From Mobula hypostoma (taxonomy: Eukaryota), in the NCBI RefSeq assembly GCF_963921235.1, contig NC_086101.1, positions 8,558,001-8,622,000 on the forward strand: a stretch of 64,000 nt of DNA, read 5' to 3'. Shown in pieces: positions 1-11,199 of the stretch. The translations under genes and the position numbers were made by a program. The first letter of the stretch is position 1. Every line of letters starts with the position of its first letter. The notes beneath the pieces are model-generated. The model was not told where the DNA came from. It saw only the letters and a list, made by a program, of their open reading frames with translations, and made no database searches.

Positions 1-74
1 TGTCACACTATAGGTCATGTTATTCACAGAAATCATTATGCAGATTACAGGCGATAGCTGATTTTATTCATGTC

Positions 75-915
75 CATAAGGCATGGGAGCAAAATTTGGC
101 CATTAGGCCCAACGAGACTGCTCTACCATTCTATCATGGCTGATTTATTATCCCTCTCAAACCCCATTCTCCTGCCTTCTCCCTGTAACCTTTGACACCC
201 TGACTAATCAAGAACCCATCAGCCTCCACTTTAAATATAGCTAATGACTTGGCCTCTCAGCGGCCTGTGACAGTGAATTCCACAGGTCCACCACTCTCTG
301 ACCAAAACAATTCTTCCTCTCTGCTCAAAAGGAAAGTCCTTCTATTCAGACACTGTGACCTTTGGCCCTAGACTCCCCCACTATAGGAAACATCCTCTCC
401 ACATCCATTCTCTGTCGACCTTTCAATATTCGATAGGCTTCATAAGACCATAAGATATAGGAGCAGAATTAGGCCATTGCACCCACTTAGTCTGTTCCAC
501 CGTTTCATCGTGACTGATCCGTCTTCCCTCTCAGCCCCAGTCTCTGGCCTTCTCCCCGTAGCCCTTCATGCCCAGACCAATCAAGAATCTATCAGCCTCT
601 GTCACCCTCATACACCCAATAACTTGGCCTCACAGCCGCCTGTAGCAACAAATTCCACAGATTTACTACTCTCTGGCTAAAGAAATTGTTCCTCATCTCC
701 TTTCTAAAGTAACACCCCTCTGTATCTGTGTCTTGACTCTGTGTCTTAGACCATAGGAAACATCCTCTCCACATCCTTTCTATCAAGGCCTTGTACTGCT
801 TGATAAGTTTCAATGAGTTCACCCCTCATTCTTCTAAATTCCAGTGAGTAGAGGCCCAGAGCTATCAAATACTCTTCATATGACAAGCCTTTCAATCCTG
901 GAATCATTTTTGTCA
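75..915 (-). mobile_element. Two adjacent CR1 LINE 3' fragments
   Basis: Minus strand encodes MIPGLKGLSYEE..LGLYSLEFRRMRGELIE and RNNFFSQRVVNLWN (CR1 ORF2 C-terminus), with CR1-type tails at about 75 and 443. Confidence 0.85.
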
Positions 916-1942
916 GAATCAGAATCAGGTTTATTATCACTGGCGTGTGACGTGAAATTTGTTAACTTAGCAGCAGCAGTTCAATGCAACACCTAATCTA
1001 GCAAAGAGAAAAATTAATGAATATAATAAGTAAATAAACAAGTAAATCAATTATACATATTGAGTAGATTTTAAACAATGTGCAAAAACAGAAATGCTGT
1101 ATATTTTTTTCTTAAAGTTGAGGTAGTATCCGAAGATTCAATGTCCATTTAGGAATCGGATGGCAGAGGGGAAGAAACTGTTCCTGAATCACTGAGTGTG
1201 TGCCTTCAGGCTTCTGTATCACCTACCTGGTGGTAACAGTGAGAAAAGTGCATGCCCTGGGTGCTGGAGGTCCTTAATAATGGACACTGCCTTTCTCAGA
1301 CACCGCTCCCTAAAGGTGTCCTGGGTACTTTGTGGGCTAGTACCCAAGATGGAGCTGACTAGATTTACAACCTTCTGCAGCTTCTTTCGGTCCTGTGCAG
1401 TAGCTCCTCCATACCAGACAGTGATGCAGCCTGTCAGAATGCTCTCCACAGTACAACTATAGAAGTTTTTGAGTGTATTTGTTGACATGCCAAATCTCTT
1501 CAACCTCCTAATAAAGTTTAGCTGCTGTCTTGCCTTCTTTATAACCACATCAATATGTTGGGACCAGCTTAGATCCTCAGAGATCTTGACACCCAGGAAC
1601 TTAAAGCTGCTCACTCTCTCCATTTCTGATCCCTCTACGAGGATTGGTATGTGTTTCTTCGTCTTACCCTTCCTGAAGTCCACAATCAGCTCTTTCATCT
1701 TACCGACGTTGAGTGCCAGGTTGTTGCTGTGGCACCACTCCACTAGCTGGCATATCTCACTCCTGTACGCCCTCTCGTCACCACCTGAGATTCTACCAAC
1801 AATAGATGTATTGTCAGCAAGTTTATAGATGGTATTTGAGCTATGCCTAGCCACACAGTCATGTGTATATAGTGAGTAGAGCAGTGAGCTAAGCACACAC
1901 CCCTGAGGTGCGCCAGTGTTGATCGTCAGTGAGGAGGAGATA
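914..1942 (-). mobile_element. Rex1/Babar-type LINE, 5'-truncated (RT to 3' tail)
   Basis: ORF 1219-2064 contains NTGAPQGCVLSSLLYSLYTHDC, KLADNT, FKFLGV, ESILTGCITVWYG; AATAAA plus (TTCTGA)n tail near 914-935. Confidence 0.9.
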
Positions 1943-1944
1943 TT

Positions 1945-2310
1945 AGAACATAAGAAATAGGAGCAGGAGAAGGCCATCCAGCCCATCGAGCCTACCCTGC
2001 CATTCAACAAGATCATGGCTGATCTGTCCATAAACTCAGCTCTATCTACCTGCCTTTTCACCATAACCCTTAATTCCCCTATATAAACATCTATCTCACT
2101 GTAACTTAAATATATTTAGTGAGGAAACCTCAACTGCTTCCCTAGGCAGAGAATTCCACAGATTCACCACTCTCTGTGAAAAACAGTTTCTGCTCATCTC
2201 CGTCCTAAATCTTCTCCCCTGAATCTTGAGGCAATGTCCCCTCGTTCTAGTCTCACCTACCAATGGAAACAACTTTCCTACTTCTATCTTTTCTAACCCT
2301 TTCAAAATTA
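1945..2310 (-). mobile_element. CR1 3' fragment (same subfamily as 46742-47115)
   Basis: MKGLEKIEVGKLFPLVGETRTRGH..FSQRVVNLWNSLP. Confidence 0.85.
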
Positions 2311-3064
2311 ATAAATCTTAACCTGAAAGTGAAGTTGAAGGGTCTTTGCCCAAAGTGCCAACAGTTTATTCATTTCCATTGATGCTGCCCGACCAGAGTT
2401 CCTCCAGCATTTTTTGTGTTGCTCTGGATTTCCAGTAACTGCAGAATCTCTTGTGCTTATGATTGTGAAGATGATTTTCATTGTCAGAATGCAGTAGACT
2501 ATTAAATTATTACATATGCAATTGAGAAGTGGGCAGGAGGGAAGGAAATTATTTTAAAAATCAGTGGCATGCTACTTGGACATAGACCCAGGCCATACAG
2601 ATATTTCACAATCAGTAACTGATAGTGACCTCAAACAAAACTTGTTAAACACAAAACCACTAGTTACATTTCCTTGAATTTCAAATGGGGGAACAGTTGG
2701 TGGTTTGTTAAGAGTTTGGCAGCATTCCAAACAGAAACTGCATATTAATAAATCGTATCATTTGTATCTTCTTACATGTGACTAAAAGAGATCAAAATCC
2801 AGCATTGCATACTTAGCATGATTCATGTGAAGTAAGAGATAGAGGAAAATTAACAAGGAGCATGGATAGGGTAGATAAGAGTCTTTCTCGTCAGTGATGC
2901 CTCTTTTATGGCAAGACACTGACAGATGTTAAAAACGTCAAGAACTGCAGGTCTACACCACTATCGAGTTGCTGGATAACGATGGAGCTGGATTTGTTGC
3001 TTACCATGCTGCTGCCTGCTACACTGAGCCAGAGGCAGCTCATGGTCAAACAAACAGTGAAAAT

Positions 3065-3375
3065 AATTTATCACTAATCCGCACAGATTGGGGTCTTCCA
3101 GTTAGGAAGTTGAGGATCCAATTGCAGAGCGAAGTACAGATGCCCAGGTTCTGCAACTTCTCAATCAGGATTGTGGGAATGATGGTGTTAAATGCTGAGC
3201 TATGGTTGATGAAGAGCATCCTGACATAGGTGTTTGTGTTGTCCAAGTGGTCTAAAGCCGTGTGGAGAGCCATTGAGACTGCATCTGCTGTTGATCTATT
3301 GTGGTGATAGGGGCCACGTCCTTGCTGAGGCAGAAGCTCAGTCTAGTCATGACCAACCTTTCAAAGCATTCATCA
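3065..3375 (-). mobile_element. Rex/Babar RT fragment
   Basis: [50 protein letters not shown]. Confidence 0.85.
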
Positions 3376-3402
3376 CCTTAAGGCAGAGGTTGATATCTTG
3401 AT

Positions 3403-3700
3403 TGGTTGGCGCATGGCCAAGTGGTTTAGTGATCCAAAGGTTGCTAGTTCGAGCCTTAGCTGAGGCAGCGTGTGTGTCCTTGAGCAAGGCACTTAACCAC
3501 ACATTGCTCTGTGACAACACCGGTGCCAAGTTGTACGGGTCTTAATACCCTTCCCTTGGACAACATCAGTGGTGTGGAGAGGGGAGACTTGCCCATGGCA
3601 AGTGCTGGTCTTCCATACAACCTTGCCCAGGCCTGCGCCCTGGAAACCTCCGAAGGCGCAATTCCATGGTCTCACGAGACTAACAGATGCCTATATAAAA
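3403..3700 (+). mobile_element. tRNA-headed CORE-like SINE, inserted in a CR1 tail (3378-3845)
   Basis: A box TGGCCAAGTGG, B box GTTCGAGCC, CORE-like GTGTCCTTGAGCAAGGCACTTAACC; second copy at 58975-59283 (-). Confidence 0.75.
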
Positions 3701-3844
3701 GGTCAGGGCATGAAGGGATATGGGGAGAAGATAGGATATTGAGGCTGAGAAGAAAAACGGATCAGCCATGAAGAAATGATGAAACAGACTCGATGAGCCA
3801 AAGGGACTAATTCTGCTGCTATGCCTTATCGTCTTGTGGTCTTT

Positions 3845-4265
3845 TATTTTTTTCTACCAAAGTGTACGAGCGTACACTTCCATCTGCCACTTCTTTGCCC
3901 ATTCTCCTCATCTAAGTCTTTCTGTTGCCTTTCTTCTTCCTCCAAACTGACTGCCTCTCCACCTATCTCCGTATCATCTGCAAACTTTGCCACTAAGTCG
4001 TTAACATATGATATAAAAAAAAAGCAGTCCCAACTGTGAAAAACCACTAGTCACAGGCAGGCAGCCAGAGAAGGGTCCCTTTACTCCCACTCGTTGCCTC
4101 CTGCCAATCACCCACTGCTTTTCAATTTGCTTCAATGAGATAACCGCTTATTCTTCTGGAGCCCAGCATGTACAGGTCCCGAGCTATCAAACGTTCCTCA
4201 TTCCATAGCAGTTTCATTCCCGGGATCATTCTCATGAACCTCCTCTATGCCAGCACATCCTTTCC
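3845..4265 (-). mobile_element. Degenerate CR1 RT fragment
   Basis: YVNDLVAKFADDTEIGG motif. Confidence 0.75.
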
Positions 4266-4344
4266 GGAGCTGCTGAGGGCTCACTGGGGATGTCTTGATT
4301 CTGTTCACTCTCCTCACCCGGATCCACAGGTAGAGTTGGCAGAA

Positions 4345-4640
4345 TGGTGGCATAGCGCAATGGCTTATCACAGAGCGGAGTTCAATTCCCACAACTGTCT
4401 GGAAGAAGTCTGTACGTTTGCCCTGTGACAGTGTGGGTTTCCTCCAGGAGCTCCGATTTCCTCCCACAGTCCAAAGACAAGGGTAGGGTTAGGGTTAGTG
4501 AGCTGCGGGCATGATAGGTTGCTCTGAAACTGTGGTGACTCTTGCCCCCAGAACAATCCTCCGTCATTTGATTTGATGCGAATGTCACAATTCAAGATAT
4601 GTTTTGAAGTGCCCATGACAAATAAACTTAATCTCTTTTC
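4345..4640 (+). mobile_element. V-SINE/HE1-type tRNA SINE (another copy at about 5430-5720)
   Basis: B box GTTCAATTCC and V-domain GTGGGTTTCCTCCAGGAGCTCCGATTTCCTCCCACAGTCCAAAGAC. Confidence 0.8.
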
Positions 4641-4960
4641 ATCTTCCTTAATAACAATGACTTTTAAACGTGAAAATTGAAGGATGATGTAAAATCATGA
4701 TAGCCATAGATAGAGTGAGCGTCTTTCTGCCAGGGTTGTGGGATCAAGGACTAGTGGCCATGGGTTTAGGGTGAAAGGGGAGAGATTTAATAAAAATGCG
4801 AGGGGCAATGTTGTCACTCAGAGGATGGTTCGTACATGGAACGAGTCGGTGTGAAAGAATGAAAAGTCACTTGCGCAAGGCATGGATAGAAACGTCTGGG
4901 AGGGTCATGGACCAAATGTAGTCAAATAGAGGGGTGTTGTAATGGCAATGGAGCAGCTAG

Positions 4961-5136
4961 ACTGAACGGCCTGTTTGAGTGGAGGGTATGGGGCAGCTGG
5001 GCTGAATGGCCTGTTTGAATGGAGGGTATGCGGCAGCTGGGCTGAATGGCCTGTTTGAGTAGAGGGTATGGGGCAGCTGGGCTGAATGACCTGTTTGAAT
5101 GGAGGGTATGGGGTAGATGAGCTGAATGGCCTGTTT
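4961..5136 (+). repeat. 40-bp minisatellite, about 4.4 copies
   Basis: Unit GCTGAATGGCCTGTTTGAATGGAGGGTATGGGGCAGCTGG starts at 4961, 5001, 5041, 5081 and 5121. Confidence 0.95.
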
Positions 5137-5166
5137 CAGGAGCTCACCCACAAAATAGATGGAGAG

Positions 5167-5230
5167 GGGATTTTCCTAAACCACTGGAGTCTCCCCTTCC
5201 ACATCCAAAAATTTACTGTGGTTGGAAGTG
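5167..5230. promoter_or_regulatory. Candidate enhancer motif cluster (2x kB, RUNX, ETS)
   Basis: GGGATTTTCC 5167-5176; GGGAGACTCC (-) 5186-5195; TGTGGTT 5217-5223; GGAAGTG 5224-5230. Confidence 0.35.
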
Positions 5231-5939
5231 GAAGACCTTTGTGTTTAAAGCCTCTGAGATTATAACCATGGGACAGAGAAACCCCTCTCCAAAACTGCCT
5301 CGCAAAACTTCCTCTTTATTAGCAAAAGGGAGTTGTGCCAATTCCAGGGATGGAGTGAGGTCGTACTAGATGTTGCCCTACATTGCCATAGAATTTGTGC
5401 CCACATCCACTGCACCAGTCAATCTTCCGGTGCCTGATCAGTAGCATACTGGTTAGCATCACGCATTTCAGTGCCAGCGATTGGGGCTCAATGCTCACCG
5501 CTGTCTGTAAGGGGCTGGTAAACTCTCGCCGTGACCACGTGGCTCCGGTTTCTTCCCAGTGAGGTAGAGTTAGTAAATTGCGAGCATGCTCTGTTGGTAA
5601 CAAAAGTGTAGCAACGCTTGCCGGCTGGCCCCTGCGCAAAGCTCAGACTTTGATGATCGTTAATGTGAATGATATTCCGCTTCCACTGTATCTTTCAAAG
5701 TTGTGGTGTACATGTGACGAGCCTCAACCCAAACCCATGCCCTCTCGTCCTTGATTCCACAGCCCCAGGAGAAAGAAGTTTGCTTTCTCTGTGGCCACCA
5801 TGACTTTACCCCTCTCTATAAAACAACTGTCAATCTGCACCTTCTGTCAGCAACACCAAGGAGCAGAAAATTGAACTCAGGAGGAGGAAGCCAGAGGTCC
5901 ATGAGCCAGTCCTCATCAGAGGATCAGAAATTTTAAGGG

Positions 5940-6610
5940 TCAGAAAGTTTGCAAAGGTTCAGCATGATATCTAAAATTTTTGCAGACTTCTGTAGGCGTG
6001 TGATGGAGAGCATCTTGACTGGCTGCATCACAGCCTGGTATGGAGACACAAAATGCCCCAGAATGGAAAATCCTACAGGAATAACTGTGGATATGGCCCA
6101 GTCCCTCACACGTAAAGCCCTCCCCACCACTGGGCACATTTACATGGAGCATTGTCACAGGAAAGCAGCACCCATCATCAGGGACCCCCACCACCCTGGC
6201 CATGCTCTCTTCTCACTGGGAAGAAAGTACAGGAGCCTCAGGACTCCCCCCCCCCCACCCCCACCCCCACCCAGGTTCAGGAACAGTTATTACCCCTCAA
6301 TTATCAGGCTCCTGAACCAAAGAAAATAACTTTACTCATCTTCACTTGCCCCATCATTGAAATGTTCCGACAACCTACGGTCTCACTTTCAAGGACTCTT
6401 CATCTCTTGTTCTTGATAATTATTGATTACTTATTCATTAATCATCTTTTTTTGTACTTGCACAGTTCGTTGCCTTTTGCACATTCAGTTTGGTGCAGAC
6501 TTTCGTTGATTCTATTATGGTTGTCACTGTATTACCTTGAGTATGCCTGTAAGAAAATGAATCTCGGGGTTGTATATTGCATACAAACTTGGATAATAAA
6601 CTTACTTTAT
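5940..6610 (+). mobile_element. Rex/Babar 3' fragment
   Basis: MESILTGCITAWYG..IIRDPHHPGHALFS..RFRNSYYPSIIRLLN followed by a 3' UTR with AATAAA. Confidence 0.85.
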
Positions 6611-6877
6611 ACTGGCATATTTTATCTTTCTCCAGGGAAGATACAGGTCCATAATTCACTGGTAGATCGGTGTTACAGAGAGCTATTGTCACTTTGCACA
6701 CACAAAATGCCGGAGCAACTCAGTGTGTTGCTGCTATTGGCACACTGGCCTTCATTAATCAAAGTTTTAAATACTTAATGTTATATTGAAGTTCTATAAG
6801 ACGTTGTGAGGCCTAATTTGGGGTATTGAATGCTGTTCCGGTCACCTACCTACAGCAAAGATATCAATAAAATTGAA

Positions 6878-7517
6878 GCAACACACATCAAAGTTGCTGG
6901 TGAACACAGCAGGCCAGGCAGCATCTCCAGGAAGAGGTACAGTCGACGTTTCGGGCCGAGACCCTTCGTCAGGACTAACTGAAGGAAGAGTGAGTAAGAG
7001 ATTTGGAGGGGGAGGGGAGATCCAAAATGATAGGAGAAGACAGGAGCGGGAGGGATGGAGCCAAGAGCTGGACAGGTGATTGGCAAAAGGGATGTGAGAG
7101 GATCATTGGACAGGAGGCCCAGGGAGAAAGAAAAGACGGGGGGGGGGGAGAAACCCAGAGGATGGGCAAGGGGTATAGTCAGAGGGACAGAGGGAGAAAA
7201 AGGAAAGAGAAAAAAAAGAATGTGTGTATATAAATAAATAACGGGTGGGGTACGAGGGGGAGGTGGGGCATTAGAGGAAGATAGAGAAGTCAATGTTCAT
7301 GCCATCAGGTTGGAGGCTACCCAGACGGAATATAATGTGTTGTTCCTCCAACCTGAGTGTGGCTTCATCTTGACAGTAGAGGAGGCCGTGGATAGACATA
7401 TCAGAATGGGAATGGGACGTGGAATTGAAATGTGTGGCCACTGGGAGATCCTGCTTACTCTGGCGGACAGAGCGCAGGTGTTCAGCGTAGGTGCAGCGTA
7501 GACCGTAGGTGTTCAAA
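6878..7517 (-). mobile_element. Penelope-like element, 5'-truncated (GIY-YIG endonuclease C-terminus plus pseudo-LTR)
   Basis: AEHLRSVRQ..PVATHFNSTSHSHSDMSIHGL..RLEEQHIIFRLGSLQPDGMNIDF; TSD AAAATTGAA at 6869-6877 and 7518-7526. Confidence 0.9.
6941..6976 (-). ncRNA. Minimal type I hammerhead ribozyme motif, intact core
   Basis: AGUC-CUGACGA-A-GGG(UCUCGG)CCC-GAAAC-GUC-GACU: helix I AGUC/GACU, helix II GGG/CCC, palindromic ACGU in place of helix III. Confidence 0.8.
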
Positions 7518-8011
7518 AAAATTGAAAGAGTGCAGAGAAAGTTTACGAGGATGTTTCTGGGACTTGAGGACGTGCACTACAGGGAAAGGTTGAACAGATT
7601 AGGACTTTATTCGCTGGAAGAATGAGGGGAAGTATTACAGAGGTATTACAAAATTTTGAGGGGCAAAAATGCAAGCAGGTTTTTTTCTTTGCGATTAGGT
7701 GCGACTAGAAACAGAGGTCATAGATTTTGAGTGAGAAGTTAAACATTTAAGGAGAATGGGGTGGAACGAGCTGCCAGCGGAAGTGATGGACGCCGGTTTG
7801 ATCGCAACATTTCAGGGAAATTTGGATCGGTACGTGGATGGAGGGCCATGGTTCACTGTAGGTCGATGGTACTTGATAGAATAACAATTCAGCAATTCAC
7901 CTGTGGTGCTCTGTGACTCTATTTGTGGGAATGGGACGGCGGATCGTTTGGGAACCAAATACTGTAGCGTGCAAGAGTGGCGAATTCCAGGCTGGAATAC
8001 TAAATCCCTGT

Positions 8012-8280
8012 AACACACACAAAATGCTGGAGGAGTTCAGCAGGTCAGGCGGCGTCTATGGAAAACAGCGCAGCTGACTTTTCCGGCCAATATCCTTCTT
8101 CAGGATTTCCAGACAAGAGAAGTCTGCCGATGCTAGAAATCCAGTCCTGCCGAAGGGTTTCGACCCGAAACGTCGACTGTGTTTTTTTTTTTCCCCCATA
8201 GACGCTGCCTGGCCTGCTGCGTTCCTCCAGTATTTTGTGTGCGTTGTCAGGATTTCCAGCATCTGCAGATTTTCTCGGTT
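8012..8280. mobile_element. Fold-back PLE pseudo-LTR derivative with hammerhead-like motifs
   Basis: Inverted arms 8012-8105 and 8143-8245; motif 8143-8178 has a CUGCCGA core variant and GGGU-UUCG-ACCC helix II. Confidence 0.8.
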
Positions 8281-8599
8281 TTGAACTACAACCTTGTAAT
8301 TCCTGCCCGGGGCATAAGGGGGCAGCCACGGGCACCGAATGCGCACCTTCCAACACTTGACAACAGCGTCTCCCTGGAAAACTCCGGCAGCAATGAGAGG
8401 TTTGCGAAGTGTCACCACTCCCTGGGGTTGTTTCCACGGCACACCCACCTGTAGTGTCTCGGATAGACAGGGTGTTGAAGAAGACTTTTGGCACGCCGGA
8501 TTTGATCGGTCAGGACATTGTGCATTGGAGTCGGGACATTGTATTATTGGTGTACAAGATATTAGTGAGGCCACGCTTATAGTTTATAATAACGCGCTA

Positions 8600-9332
8600 A
8601 GTTTTGCTCATCCTGCGATAGGATGGCATTTATCTGGACAGAGTACAAAGGAGATTTGTGAAGCTGTTGCCAAGACGAGGAGCTGAGTTATACGGAGAGG
8701 CCTGGGCAGCGAGTTCTTTATTCCACGGAATGTAGGGGGTTGAAGAGTGATCTTATAGTTGGATACCATCCTGAATGTCTTAGATGGAGTGTCTTTATCC
8801 CGGGATTGCGGGATCAAGAACTAGAGAACATGGGTTTAGGGTAAGAGGTGGGAGGTTTAATACAAACCTGAGGGGCAAACGTTTCACCCAGAGGGATGGT
8901 CCATATCTGGAATGAGCTACAGGGAAAGGGTGGACAGTTTAATGGATAGGAAAGTTTTAGAGGGACATGTGCGAAATGTAGGCAAATGGAAAGAGCATGG
9001 GCCAGAGGGCCCGTTTCACTCTGTACAGGAGTTACCATATGAGAAGCGTTTGATGGCTCTGGGCCTGTACTCACTGGAGTTTAGGAAAATGGGGCGGGGG
9101 AGGGGTGAGCTCATTGAAATCTATAGAATACTGAAAGGCCTAGACAGAGTGGACATGGAGAGGATGTTCCCTGTAGTGGGAGAGTCTAGGACCTGTGGGC
9201 ACAACCTCAGAATAGAGGGACATCTCTTTAGGACAGAAATGAAGAGGAATTTCTTTAGCCAGATGGTGGCAAATTTGTGGAATTCGTTGCCGTCTGAGCT
9301 GTGCAGGCCAAGGCATTGGCTGTATTTAAAGA
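8600..9332 (+). mobile_element. Two CR1 3' fragments
   Basis: YEKRLMALGLYSLEFRK..ELIEIYRILKGLDRVD..NFFSQMVANLWNSLP; a degenerate copy lies upstream. Confidence 0.8.
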
Positions 9333-9554
9333 GGACGTTTGTCTGTCGGCCTGTAAGTGCTTTTCTCCGGGTTGTGAGAGAACGGGAGAAAGAAAGACGG
9401 CAGAGATAAAGTAATAGAAAGACATAGAGAGCTGAGACAGGGGGAGATAAAATGAGAGACAGGCGGAGGGGAGTGAGAGAGGAGCAGCATAAGCTTCCTC
9501 TGTTAGGTTTCGTGGAGCACCGGTGCTCTGACAGACAGTGCAGTCTCTGATACA

Positions 9555-9570
9555 GCCTGCAGATGGCGCC
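9555..9570 (+). promoter_or_regulatory. CTCF-like motif
   Basis: GCCTGCAGATGGCGCC versus core CCASYAGRKGGCRS (one mismatch), in non-repeat DNA. Confidence 0.35.
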
Positions 9571-10019
9571 GCTGAGCCAGTCACTGCAGGACTCCATCTC
9601 TCTCCGGAACACAAGGTGTATATCACTGGGGTCGGTTCAACATGCCAGCAGGGCCATTCCTCTGTCCCTGCCCCAGTGATATCCCTTGCTATCTGTCTGC
9701 ATCAGCGGAAGACTGCACTTCCCACAGTCCATCAAATTTCCCCCAATCTTTCCGGCCGCGCGTCTCACACGCACCACCTTTTCCTCCCTCTGTTCTTTGC
9801 CAGTCATCCCCCCCCCCCCAATGGTATTTCACCCCTTTTCCATTTCTGGTGAGGGTTAGGGTTCAGAGAATGCGGCAACATCTGCCTCTCAGCACGTCGA
9901 ACTGGTGCTGGTCCAAAGCAGACGGACACTCCCCAACCCCCCACCCCACTTCTCCTCAAGGATGCACCCCGCCCTCCCACCCTCTCAAGGCAGCGAGTTC
10001 CCAAGCCACCCCCCCCCCA

Positions 10020-10290
10020 CTTTACTTATGTGTTGATAGAGTGCGGATTAACCCCTTCTGGCCCTTTGAGCTGCGCCATCCAGCAACCCCACAGCCCGAT
10101 TAACTCTAGCGTAATCACAAGACAATTGACAGTTACTAATTAAGCTGCCCAGTACAGCTTTGGACTGTGGGAGGAAACCGGAGCACCCAGGGGAAACCCG
10201 TGGGGAGGACGTACGGAGACTCCTTAAAGAACGGCGTCAGAATTGAGCTCTGAAGTTCCGAACGCCCTAAGCTGCGATAGCGTCATGGGA
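10020..10290 (-). mobile_element. V-SINE
   Basis: Reverse V-domain TTTGGACTGTGGGAGGAAACCGGAGCACCC. Confidence 0.8.
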
Positions 10291-11199
10291 ACCTCCCAAA
10301 TTCTGCACACTAAACCTCTGGCCTGATTTAAAGCCCCATCACTGTGGGGTATGGGTCCTTCCTAGCCGGACCTCTCGTGTGATCCACCTCAGTGAAGCCC
10401 CCTCTCAGTCTCCGGTAGCAAAGAAAAGTAACTTCAGCTTCTGGTCATAGCTGCAACCTTCCAATCACAGGCCGGGAGTCAGACAGCACGGAAAGATGTC
10501 CCTCAGCCCAATCGTTATGTACACTTGCACGGAGTGCTTCCTCAGGAAAACAGTATCCTTTTTCAAAGACCTGCCACCACACAGCCTGTGCCCCTCTTCT
10601 CACTTCTACCATTGGGCAGGAGGTACGGAAGCCTCAGGTCCCTCCATCAGCCTCATCCTTCTCTTTGTCCCATGCTCCACTCTCCTCACCTCCCCACCTT
10701 CTTGATCAACTCTTTACATTTTCCACCTCTCACCCTCGCCGTGCTTTACTTCATCCCCCACTCCTCCCGCTCACCAACCTTCCCCCTCACCTGGTCCTGC
10801 CTATCACCTGCCAGCCTGCACTCCCCACTTTCTCAGCCTTTTCGGATTCCGGTGGCTTCTCCCCGATGAAGGGCATCGGGCCAAAACAGTCAACACTTCA
10901 TTCTCATTCCTCCGAACGGCTCACACTTTCCACTCTGACCCCTCATTGAGGACTCGTGTCAGTTTCTTTGACTTCCCTTTACTGAAATCCACAATAAATT
11001 CTACACCAACATCTTGTACAACTTCAACATAGCATCCCACCCCCTGTACTCAGTTGGCTGATTTATGAAGGCCAATGCACTATAACTTAGAGATATAGTC
11101 ATATAGCACAGTGACAGACCCCTCAGCCCAGCTCATCCTTGCTAATCACACACCTTCAGTAGGACCATATCGCTCTGTAGCTTGCCATTTTCACTGTCT

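Larger units (their letters stand above)
6770..7920 (+). mobile_element. Old CR1 3' part, split by a Penelope insertion
   Basis: Removing the insert and one TSD copy restores KDINKIERVQRKFTRM. Confidence 0.8.

Noticed and set aside
4961..5136. CRISPR-like periodicity
   Set aside because: Head-to-tail units with no unique spacers, no cas genes, eukaryotic context
5763..5936. Acceptor plus strong Kozak GCCACCATG near 5794-5802
   Set aside because: The ATG frame closes after 24 codons and there is no good donor
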